A stretch of DNA of 61,595 nucleotides, counting the filler. It is 4 parts of 4 records of this genome, joined end to end, with 100 filler letters (N's around TTAATTAATTAA, not from the genome) between each part and the next. Parts side by side here need not be neighbours in the genome. Positions count along the whole stretch, not along the records: positions 38,610 to 50,146 come from SRR31156797_5527; 3 more parts are not named here. One strand, given 5' to 3'. The first letter of the stretch is position 1, and each line of letters starts with the position of its first letter. The translations under genes were made by a program, and so were the position numbers. Below are positions 39,487-47,087 of the stretch, piece after piece. Under the pieces are notes generated by a model. It was not told the DNA's origin, did not search any database, and saw only the letters and a program-made list of their open reading frames with translations.

Positions 39487-39817
39487 CGTGTTCCTCCATG
39501 AGCCTCAATTGCAATCGTGCCAAGGCGTTCCAAGCAGTAGCGATGTCGTGGGGCATGTCGGTCTCAGGGTCAACCGCCTCGATTCGTTCCTTCAGGTAGT
39601 GACGCATCATGGCATCGGTGTACCGCTCCACGCCGTTCGGAACCTGGAGGAAACCACCACGGCTGTACTTGTTGGCACCAAATGTTGCTAACCGCATGAC
39701 CTCCAAAAGGGCCTCCCCAAACATCCCGAGGATACCGGCCTGTACCTTACCGGCGTCGAGCTTGGCACCCGGATCATGGGCGGCAATCCCAAGGGGATCA
39801 GTTTCAATGTTCTCCAT
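39479..39817 (-). CDS. dATP/dGTP diphosphohydrolase-domain protein (DUF5664)
   Basis: GAKLDAGK...FGANKY...YTDAMMRH...DPETDMPH...AWNAL. Confidence 0.85.
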   Translation of the reverse strand: MENIETDPLGIAAHDPGAKLDAGKVQAGILGMFGEALLEVMRLATFGANKYSRGGFLQVPNGVERYTDAMMRHYLKERIEAVDPETDMPHDIATAWNALARLQLRLMEEHDG

Positions 39818-39968
39818 AGGTTCTCCTTACGAACCCCGAGGCCGCCTTAAGCGAACCCCGGACTCTTGCTTTGCGTTTATCATTGAGTTGTTTCTGAAGG
39901 ACTGTCCGTTGGTTATTGAGCAGGATGGCATCGGGATGGTGGATCAGGACAAAGTTAGGCTTGTTCAT
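39804..39968 (-). CDS. Small basic phage hypothetical protein
   Basis: MNKPNFVLIHH... (54 aa), overlapping both neighbours as in a phage operon. Confidence 0.45.
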   Translation of the reverse strand: MNKPNFVLIHHPDAILLNNQRTVLQKQLNDKRKARVRGSLKAASGFVRRTYGEH

Positions 39969-40329
39969 GGTGGGCCATATACTCCTCATAATGTTGATGG
40001 AGGAAATCCATGGAGGCAGCCTCCCTGATGACATCCCGCCCACTAATCTCGGTGTACCGCTCTTTGATATAGTCAATGGCGTCCCGGATGAATCCCAAGA
40101 ACCCCTGGTAATCAGAGAAGAGGTGGCAGGAGTCGGTATCTTCGTCGATATAAAGGCTGATCTTCATGAGCATCATGTTGAAAAGGATCTCAGCGTAATG
40201 CTTGTTGATCTCTTCAGGCTCATCAGTGCCCATGGCTTGGCGTATGATGGCCCGTATGGTCTCAAAGCGGTCGTACATGTTGTGACCATCCAGCTCCACC
40301 AGATAGATCAGGTCCCTTGAGCAGTTCAT
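39955..40329 (-). CDS. Phage hypothetical protein
   Basis: MNCSRDLIYLVE... after a GGGGA RBS; ATG overlaps the upstream stop. Confidence 0.6.
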   Translation of the reverse strand: MNCSRDLIYLVELDGHNMYDRFETIRAIIRQAMGTDEPEEINKHYAEILFNMMLMKISLYIDEDTDSCHLFSDYQGFLGFIRDAIDYIKERYTEISGRDVIREAASMDFLHQHYEEYMAHHEQA

Positions 40330-40517
40330 ATGGTCCCCCTTACGATTGCACCCAGGGGCACAGTGTTTTTGATGGGGGTCCACGCATCGCACATACCGAT
40401 CACATCAACTTTGCGCTTGGGTTTGGACATCAGGTTCGGGTAGTCGTTACGGCTGGCAAGCTTACAGCCACGGGCTTTGGCACAGGTGTTGCAGTTATGA
40501 TTCGAATTCAAGGACAT
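40326..40517 (-). CDS. Small Cys-containing phage hypothetical protein
   Basis: AAGGA RBS; CNTC...C...C; first gene after the third promoter-like motif. Confidence 0.55.
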   Translation of the reverse strand: MSLNSNHNCNTCAKARGCKLASRNDYPNLMSKPKRKVDVIGMCDAWTPIKNTVPLGAIVRGTI

Positions 40518-40546
40518 TAGTGGTTTCCTTTCTATGTGTTAATTCA

Positions 40547-40569
40547 GTAGGATTGTTAGTAGTGAGGGA
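40547..40569 (-). promoter_or_regulatory. Putative third phage-RNAP promoter (partial match)
   Basis: TCCCTCACT-ACT-AACAATCC shares the 9-nt core and the downstream ACAAYCC with the copy at 46945-46985; intergenic, after the DNA polymerase gene. Confidence 0.5.
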
Positions 40570-40627
40570 CAGCAGAGGCACACCAGTAGCAGCGTAAGAA
40601 ACACCACTACTGGTGACCGGTCGATTT

Positions 40628-42415
40628 TCAATGTGTATCTTTCCAGGATGATCCGATGTCGAACGTGCCGTCCATCGGGATGTTGAGCTTAAAGTAGAGC
40701 CCGGCGTCGATGATGGCCTGCCTTGCGATCTCGCCGCACTCCTGGGCATAATCGGGGTCCGCTTCGATCTGGACCTCATCGTGAATATTCAGGACAGGGA
40801 GACACCTCTTGAAATCCAGGCGTTCCCACATGAGACAGCAGGCTTTCTTCATAACGTAGGCACCTGCTGATTGGAGCAATAGGTTAAGAGCAGAATGTGA
40901 CGACCGGCTGTAGAGCCGTTGACCAGCCAGGCCAGTGATCCAGCCATGCTTCTCCACCTGTTTGGTGATCTTGTCGATCAGGGCACCCAGGTGTGGCAGG
41001 TTCCGCAGGAAGTTATCCCGCAGTTTCTTACCCAGCTTGGCATCACCTTTGCCTAACAGCTTGTTCCCGGCACCGTAGATGAAGCCATAGAACCATGTCT
41101 TGCCGTCAGATCTACTGAGCCCCAGGGCATCGGCGTTTTTCTGGTGGATGTCACCATTGAGAACAATGTCGATGTATTCCGGATCATTCATGAAGCTCGC
41201 CAAGAGGCGCAACTCAAGGCCAGCAGCATCGCAGCCCACCATGACTCTGCTTGGTGTTGGCACAAAGACTGACCGGCAGCGCTTACCATACTTGACACCA
41301 TTAGCAGGGACCTGAGCCAGGTTGGGATTACTATGGGTGCATCGGTTGGTGATCGCACCGCAACTGTTGACATACCCACGGATACGCCCGTCGTCGTCGA
41401 TGAATTTGACCCATGCTTTGGCACCGGTACTCACCTGGCTCAGACGCTTCTTGATCAGCTTGTACCGGGCTAGAGGTCCGCACTCGGGATAGACCGATGT
41501 CAGGGCCTCAAGGATCTCATCATCAATCTTGGGCTCCTTGGACTTGTCGGTGAACTCAACGGGTTTCCAGCCGTGGGTCCTTATCAGATATTCATAGATG
41601 TGTTTGTTTGCATTGGGATTGAACTCAACGTACTTGATCTTAGTCATTGAGGCACCCTTGATGTAGCCGTACCTCTTGTTGTCAGCCTTTGGTGTAAACA
41701 GCTTGCCCTTAACGATCACCGGCCTGTTAAAGATGTCGGCAATCTCAAGGCGTGTAGTCTCCAGATCAGTCCAGAGATCAGCGATCAAATTGTCCAGAAC
41801 CACCTGATCAGCATACACACCGATTCGCATCTGAAGGGAAATGAACCGTGCGAAATCATGCTCAATATCACAGGCATCAGTGCCAAACCCAGGGCGTTCC
41901 CTGAGCCGTTCGAGTAGATCCACGGTTACCCGGACATCCTGTTTACAATAGGTTGTCATCTCAGGTTCCCAGAACTGCCAGTCCTGATCCTTGCCGTAAT
42001 CGCCTTTGTAATTACCCAGGCGATAACCATAGGCCTCCAGGCTGTGAGAGCCGATCAGCTTAGGTGGCAGCATACCCTTACGGGCACGGGCATAGTCTCC
42101 TTGTTTGATAGTTGGGTTGAGTAGCCTGGCAAGCACCAATGTATCGGTGGATTTTGCTGGCGGTTTGTACCACGGGTAGACCATGGCGATGGCCTGCTCA
42201 TCGTAGCCAATAACATTGTGGCCGCAAGTCTCATCTCCAGCCTCAAGAAGTCTGCGGACTCCAAGTTCAACGGGTCTCTTCTCTTGATCATAGATTTCAT
42301 ACTGGTTTGTCTCTGTATCGAAGATCACAATGCAGTGGATTTTGGTTAATTGACGAATATCCTTTTTAGGTTCAGGCCTGAGTAGGCCATCTGTTTCAAC
42401 GTCATATATGAGCAA
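40628..42415 (-). CDS. T7 gp5-like DNA polymerase (family A, 3'-5' exo + pol)
   Basis: YDVETDG exo I, GHNVIGYD exo II, HSLEAYG, YCKQDV exo III, DAAGLELR motif A, KTWFYGFIYG motif B, IHDE motif C; TTG start after GGAGG. Confidence 0.96.
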   Translation of the reverse strand: MLIYDVETDGLLRPEPKKDIRQLTKIHCIVIFDTETNQYEIYDQEKRPVELGVRRLLEAGDETCGHNVIGYDEQAIAMVYPWYKPPAKSTDTLVLARLLNPTIKQGDYARARKGMLPPKLIGSHSLEAYGYRLGNYKGDYGKDQDWQFWEPEMTTYCKQDVRVTVDLLERLRERPGFGTDACDIEHDFARFISLQMRIGVYADQVVLDNLIADLWTDLETTRLEIADIFNRPVIVKGKLFTPKADNKRYGYIKGASMTKIKYVEFNPNANKHIYEYLIRTHGWKPVEFTDKSKEPKIDDEILEALTSVYPECGPLARYKLIKKRLSQVSTGAKAWVKFIDDDGRIRGYVNSCGAITNRCTHSNPNLAQVPANGVKYGKRCRSVFVPTPSRVMVGCDAAGLELRLLASFMNDPEYIDIVLNGDIHQKNADALGLSRSDGKTWFYGFIYGAGNKLLGKGDAKLGKKLRDNFLRNLPHLGALIDKITKQVEKHGWITGLAGQRLYSRSSHSALNLLLQSAGAYVMKKACCLMWERLDFKRCLPVLNIHDEVQIEADPDYAQECGEIARQAIIDAGLYFKLNIPMDGTFDIGSSWKDTH

Positions 42416-42471
42416 GGACTACACCTCCCTGTATGCGGAATCGTTAGCCACGTTATGGGCCTCGCATTTGT

Positions 42472-42660
42472 TCATATGGTTCTCCTATGCTTTCTGATAA
42501 ATTGATGAATGAGCCGCCGGTATATCCACACATCCATTCTGTCGATGGACACATGGGCGATCAGGAGATCACAGTAGCGGCGGGCGTTATGGAGTTGGGG
42601 AAGGGTTCGGCAGGAGGTGATTATCTTGTGCATCCTCCTGAGAGGATCATTAGAAGTCAT
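42472..42660 (-). CDS. Small phage hypothetical protein
   Basis: 62-aa ORF overlapping the helicase stop, same strand as the operon. Confidence 0.4.
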   Translation of the reverse strand: MTSNDPLRRMHKIITSCRTLPQLHNARRYCDLLIAHVSIDRMDVWIYRRLIHQFIRKHRRTI

Positions 42661-44311
42661 TCAGGTTTGAGGCGTTGTCAGTACCATCCCAGGCGTTCTC
42701 CTCGAATGGCAGCAGGCGTCCAGTCGTTGGGTTATACTCAAGGGTATCAGCAATGCCGACCGCACCAGTGAGCCTGTTCTTGAGGACCCGTACTGTTCTG
42801 ACATTGGGCTGATCACCTTGCTGGTCACCCTCAAGGCTGATCACAAAGTCGGGGATCTGTTCCAGGGCTGCGGACCCGCGCAGATCCGTGAGTGAAACCT
42901 GGCGTCCTTCATTCCAGGATTTACCTTGACCGGGCCTCTTCAGATGAGACACAGCAATGACGGTCACACCGGTCTCCTCGACAAGGGAACGCAGGGCTGT
43001 CATGAGTTGATCAAGTTGTTTTCGTTCCGAGGATTCCACCTCATCGTTGCCGGACACCACGATTGACACATGGTCCACCAGCAGGATATCCATCTCCAGG
43101 GCACGGACCAGATAGCGCATCTTGGTTAGCACGGTGGTAATATCACTGGAGCCCCAGTGTTGATCGAATGCTATGTTGTCGTTGTGGATCACCGCCTCTG
43201 CTGCCTTGGTGATCTCCGCATCTGATGGGCGCTTGATGTGGATCGGTTGGTTCAACCACAGGCTCATGAACCCTTCGCATGACTGCTTGAGATCCTCTTC
43301 CCATGCCATCACACCAACCTTCTTGCCATGGTTCATCAACAGGTCGTAGCAGATTTCCTTACCCAGGGTGGATTTACCAATGCCGGAGCCAGCGGTAATC
43401 AGGTAGAGCCGCTTGCCGTGGATACCCAGTGTCTTAGCATTGAGCTTTGGATATGGTGTCTGGACCCCAGGCTCGGGCCGAAAGAGCAGCGTCGCCAGGG
43501 GAACATCACGTCCCAGGACAATGCCGTCAGGACGCCAGGGTTTGGCCTCAAAGATGCACTTTGGGACCTCAGCACCACGGTTTTCAAGCAAGAGTTCATT
43601 GGCATCCTTGAGACCATTCCAGGTGGCAATCGAGGCCTTACCCACGGTGAGTAATTGGGCACACTGCTTGGCTGCTTTCTGACCCGGTTCATCAGCGTCG
43701 AACGCAATGACCACCTTCTTGAATGACTCAACGAATCTCAGATTCTGCTTGATGTATTTGAGGGCACTGGCTGCACCGCTGGGCACCGACACCACGGGGA
43801 TCTTGAGGTTAAATGCCTGGGAGATGGTGAGACAATCGAGTTCACCCTCGGTGATGACCAAAAGTCGGCCACCGGGTTGCCAAAGGTGCTGACCGAAAAG
43901 CTCCAGGTGTTTTACCTGTCCGGTCCACCAGAAGTCCTTGTCCTTGGTCCGGTAATGCTGGGCCACCTCTTTGTTGGAGTGACGGTAGGTTGCGACCTGG
44001 ACGATTCCACTCTTGGTCCGGGCGTATCCATAGCCGTACTTTTGGCAGGTCTTCTTGAGGAGCTTTCGCGCTTTAATCTCTTTAATGTCCGGGCGTAGCA
44101 GGCTTCCTGAATCCGATCCAGAGTTACCGCCAGTCCAATCACCAGGATCATCATTGTTGTCGGGTCCATCGGCCTCCTCCACTATGGCTTTCTTGTCGTA
44201 GGCCTCGCAGACGAAACAGTAACCATGTCCATCGGTATAGACTGCATAGCCATCGCTGGAACCACAGGCCTCATGGGGACACGCTGTTTTATAATGGTCT
44301 CCATCATGCAC
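42650..44311 (-). CDS. T7 gp4-like primase-helicase
   Basis: CPHEACGSSDG...GYCFVC Zn finger, ITEGELD and FDADEPG TOPRIM, AGSGIGKST, LVDH, VSHLKR, DLRGS, KNR; acidic tail ending DF; GTG start after GGAGG. Confidence 0.96.
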   Translation of the reverse strand: MHDGDHYKTACPHEACGSSDGYAVYTDGHGYCFVCEAYDKKAIVEEADGPDNNDDPGDWTGGNSGSDSGSLLRPDIKEIKARKLLKKTCQKYGYGYARTKSGIVQVATYRHSNKEVAQHYRTKDKDFWWTGQVKHLELFGQHLWQPGGRLLVITEGELDCLTISQAFNLKIPVVSVPSGAASALKYIKQNLRFVESFKKVVIAFDADEPGQKAAKQCAQLLTVGKASIATWNGLKDANELLLENRGAEVPKCIFEAKPWRPDGIVLGRDVPLATLLFRPEPGVQTPYPKLNAKTLGIHGKRLYLITAGSGIGKSTLGKEICYDLLMNHGKKVGVMAWEEDLKQSCEGFMSLWLNQPIHIKRPSDAEITKAAEAVIHNDNIAFDQHWGSSDITTVLTKMRYLVRALEMDILLVDHVSIVVSGNDEVESSERKQLDQLMTALRSLVEETGVTVIAVSHLKRPGQGKSWNEGRQVSLTDLRGSAALEQIPDFVISLEGDQQGDQPNVRTVRVLKNRLTGAVGIADTLEYNPTTGRLLPFEENAWDGTDNASNLNDF

Positions 44312-44552
44312 GTTCCACCTCCGCATGGATCTCATCAACGCTCAGATCTTCGACCAGCAAGGTGTCCATCAATCGCAGGTTGCGGGCCTCAATGTTCGGA
44401 TCATAGAAATCCCTGGGGTCCAGACCCAGGCTCAACATACCGATGCGGACATCGTTAAGGACAATCCTTGGGACCAGGATTCGTTTGATCTTGACGCCGT
44501 TCTCTTTGACATACTCAATGATCTGCTTCAGGTCCTTTATGCTTTTATTCAT
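44304..44552 (-). CDS. Phage hypothetical protein
   Basis: AAGGAG RBS, 82 aa, overlaps the primase start. Confidence 0.65.
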   Translation of the reverse strand: MNKSIKDLKQIIEYVKENGVKIKRILVPRIVLNDVRIGMLSLGLDPRDFYDPNIEARNLRLMDTLLVEDLSVDEIHAEVERA

Positions 44553-44562
44553 AGGGTTCTCC

Positions 44563-45381
44563 TTATTGATTGATCTTGAGATAGACGGCGAGTTTAGGAC
44601 GAAGGGTATTCAGATCTGCATGGCTCTTGAAAATGGTCACAGCGTCGCGGTGCCACTGGGTTATGGGGTAACGGGTGCCAGGGATCTTATGATAGGGTAG
44701 ATCATACTTATCGCTGATCTCCTTGAGATGCATACCGATCATAAGCTGAACATGATTGGAGCCAGCACTGCTGAAGACCTGTTTAAGCCAGGGGATCGCC
44801 GTACTGGTCATGAACTCAGGGTTCTCATACTTCTCTTTGAGACGGTTGGCTTCACGCTTTGCTGCACTGGCTGTTCCCATTGCACTGGCTTCACGCTTCC
44901 GGCTGATGTGAGCCTTGGTCCTGATGGCCTCGTCACGCTCCAGTTTGATCTGCTTCATTTTCTGAAGAACCCCGATCATATAGTCAGGATCTTCCAGGGT
45001 CTTCGCCAGGGCGTCGTCGGTCATGTAGGTGCCACCTGTTTTACGGATGGTGGGTAGGACATCTTCCATTACCCATTCCTCAAACTGTTCAGCCCAGGGG
45101 AGTTTGGATTTCATGATGAGGCGGTAGACATCTGATTCGGGAATGATGGTCAGACCACGGGATGGAATATTTACCAAAGGTAGCGAAACGCTACTTTTGA
45201 GGATTGACGCACGTTTGCAATGTTTCTTGATGGCATCTCTTGAGTTCACATACCCCAAAGCTTCTGCCACATCCTTACCAACAAACCAGGGATTACCATC
45301 CCGTTCAACAATCCGAACCTCACATAGTGTCGGGGAGGTGTTATCTTCATAGTCGAAAGTAAAAGCCTTAAGCTCAGTCAT
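44563..45381 (-). CDS. BRO-N domain (antirepressor-like) protein
   Basis: VRIVERDGNPWFVGKDVAEALGY, IPESDVYRLIMKSKLP, FEEWVMEDVLPTIRKTG; AAGGAG RBS before ATG 45381. Confidence 0.9.
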   Translation of the reverse strand: MTELKAFTFDYEDNTSPTLCEVRIVERDGNPWFVGKDVAEALGYVNSRDAIKKHCKRASILKSSVSLPLVNIPSRGLTIIPESDVYRLIMKSKLPWAEQFEEWVMEDVLPTIRKTGGTYMTDDALAKTLEDPDYMIGVLQKMKQIKLERDEAIRTKAHISRKREASAMGTASAAKREANRLKEKYENPEFMTSTAIPWLKQVFSSAGSNHVQLMIGMHLKEISDKYDLPYHKIPGTRYPITQWHRDAVTIFKSHADLNTLRPKLAVYLKINQ

Positions 45382-45438
45382 AGGGTTCTCCTTGTATGAG
45401 TGATGGCGTGGCACCTTTCGATACCACGATGTTCGGTT

Positions 45439-45624
45439 CTATTTGTCTGTGTATTTGTCGCGGGCCTGTGCATAATTGGCGTAGAACAGGATGCAGTGTT
45501 CGCAGTCCGTCGAGTTGCAATCGTATGTGTCAGACAGCAGGCATTCATCACCGGATGGTTCGCTGAATGATTCAGTCACCGCTGGCAACTGGAGCGGTAT
45601 CGTTTGTTCAATGGTGAGACTCAT
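45439..45624 (-). CDS. Small acidic Cys-rich phage protein (61 aa)
   Basis: AGGAGA RBS then MSLTIEQTIP...ECLLSDTYDCNSTDCEHCILF; true start lies inside the longer track ORF. Confidence 0.6.
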   Translation of the reverse strand: MSLTIEQTIPLQLPAVTESFSEPSGDECLLSDTYDCNSTDCEHCILFYANYAQARDKYTDK

Positions 45625-45640
45625 AATGTTTCTCCTATTG

Positions 45641-46069
45641 TTATTCGTTAAGCCATTCCTCGGGGACGAACTTGTTGGCCCACAGAAAGCGGTTCTTCTC
45701 GCACCACTGGGCGTAAGTTGTCTTGCTGGATTGACTGAGTTTGTTCTGGGAATTCTGAAAGACGAACCGGATGTCAGCGTCGGGGTGAGCCTTGCGTACC
45801 AGGATCGCTTTCTTGCGGTCGGCGGGCTCGAACAGACCTTTGGCCTCGATATAAATGATGGCACCGGACTGCCGCTTAATGATGAAGTCAGGGGTGTATC
45901 GTTTAGATTCAGCAGGAACTGTGTAGGGGAGAGTGATTGTCTCATAGTCAAACCCAATGCCACGCTGGGTAAGGTTCTGAGCAAGGTGCTTCTCAAACAT
46001 TGAGCGGTACGGTGCCATCTCTACCCGTTGGTGCTTCGTAGGGTAGAAACGACGACGGTAACCAGACAC
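45641..46069 (-). CDS. T7 gp3-like endonuclease I (Holliday junction resolvase)
   Basis: YRSMFE, YTPDF, IEAKGLF, IRFVFQ, TTYAQWCEK. Confidence 0.93.
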   Translation of the reverse strand: MSGYRRRFYPTKHQRVEMAPYRSMFEKHLAQNLTQRGIGFDYETITLPYTVPAESKRYTPDFIIKRQSGAIIYIEAKGLFEPADRKKAILVRKAHPDADIRFVFQNSQNKLSQSSKTTYAQWCEKNRFLWANKFVPEEWLNE

Positions 46070-46689
46070 TAAAAGTCCGGTTCGCCCTGATCATCAGGTC
46101 CACCGGATGATTCACCATCCCAGTCATCGCCAGCACCACCACCGGCAGCTACCAGCTCATTGACCTTCACACCCACCAGACGCAATGACACACCGGCCTT
46201 ACCAGAGGCAGGATTATAGAAGGCGTACCCCTCGTATTCGATCTGGATCTTGGAGCCACTACCGATCTTGCCGATCCGTTCCTCCAGATCAACCAGCTTG
46301 ACCCACTTGCCGCGCTCATCATAGTAGTTGACGTAGATGGGCTTCATTTCACCGGTCTTCTTATCCTTGAATTCAGCCAGGCGTTTGAACCTGAAGACAG
46401 TGTCGCCGGTCAATTCATCCTGATCGTCGTATACCTCTTCATATGGGTAATACTTCCGGGCTTCATCGCGCTCTTTCTTCTTGAGACTCTTGGTCTCGAT
46501 CTCAAACGCTTCATCAACCAAGGAGTTGATCTGTTCAATAAGGTCCTGACATTCAGGGCTATCGGTAAGCAGGAGCAGATCAGTCTTCCATGACTTCTTG
46601 CCTTTGTATTCATCCGGGATGTTGAGCCAGGGGTAACGTGCAGTTCCTTCAGTGGTTTTGTAACGGGGAGCATATTGCTTTTTAGCCAT
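46069..46689 (-). CDS. T7 gp2.5-like ssDNA-binding protein
   Basis: GTARYPWLNIPD, IGSGS, AGVSLRLVGVKV; acidic tail ending EPDF; directly upstream of endonuclease I. Confidence 0.88.
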   Translation of the reverse strand: MAKKQYAPRYKTTEGTARYPWLNIPDEYKGKKSWKTDLLLLTDSPECQDLIEQINSLVDEAFEIETKSLKKKERDEARKYYPYEEVYDDQDELTGDTVFRFKRLAEFKDKKTGEMKPIYVNYYDERGKWVKLVDLEERIGKIGSGSKIQIEYEGYAFYNPASGKAGVSLRLVGVKVNELVAAGGGAGDDWDGESSGGPDDQGEPDF

Positions 46690-46697
46690 GGGTCTCC

Positions 46698-46889
46698 TTA
46701 ATTAATGATATCGGGGTTGATGTAGATGTCGATGGGCATGAAGCCATCATCGAATGCGTCCCACACTGCGGCAGGACTGATGTCGTGATCGTCAAGATTG
46801 TCCCAAACGTTTTTACTGAGATAGGCCTCATCGTCCTGGTACTCGGTGTAAGCACGTTCGATCCACTCTTGGATGCTCTTGGTTTTCAT
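46698..46889 (-). CDS. Small acidic phage hypothetical protein
   Basis: 63 aa, Asp/Glu-rich; first gene after the promoter copy at 46945-46985. Confidence 0.55.
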   Translation of the reverse strand: MKTKSIQEWIERAYTEYQDDEAYLSKNVWDNLDDHDISPAAVWDAFDDGFMPIDIYINPDIIN

Positions 46890-46944
46890 GTCGCTATTTC
46901 ATATGACCTCCATGTAAGGGTTAAGGGTTGAACCCGGCAAAATT

Positions 46945-46985
46945 TCGATGGGTTGTCTGAAGTGAGGGAGTTGTGGTCAGCATGA
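46945..46985 (-). promoter_or_regulatory. Putative phage-RNAP promoter, copy downstream of RNAP gene
   Basis: TCATGCTGACCACAACTCCCTCACTTCAGACAACCCATCGA; CCCTCACT core as in the T3 promoter; 34/41 identical to 49947-49987. Confidence 0.75.
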
Positions 46986-47000
46986 GGAAATTAGACCCTT

Positions 47001-47042
47001 CAAAAAATAGCAAAGGACCCGCAGTCCAGACGCAAAGGTCCG
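47001..47042 (-). terminator. Possible early terminator after RNAP gene
   Basis: ggacc...ggtcc stem followed by tttgctattttttg on the minus strand. Confidence 0.35.
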
Positions 47043-47087
47043 AACTACAGGAGTTTCCGTATGTCGACAGTTCATATCAGGAAGGTG

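Noticed and set aside
39276-39533. 85-aa Cys-containing minus-strand track ORF
   Set aside because: Overlaps DUF5664 by 55 nt with a weak start; the 39486-39331 frame has a GGAGG RBS and fits operon packing better. Not fully excluded.
39479-42415. Z-genome (2-aminoadenine) system
   Set aside because: Only DUF5664 is present; no purZ or datZ on the contig.
45439-46003. 185-aa minus-strand and 170-aa plus-strand ORFs overlapping endonuclease I
   Set aside because: Alternative-frame overlaps; only the last 61 codons of the minus ORF have their own RBS and start.
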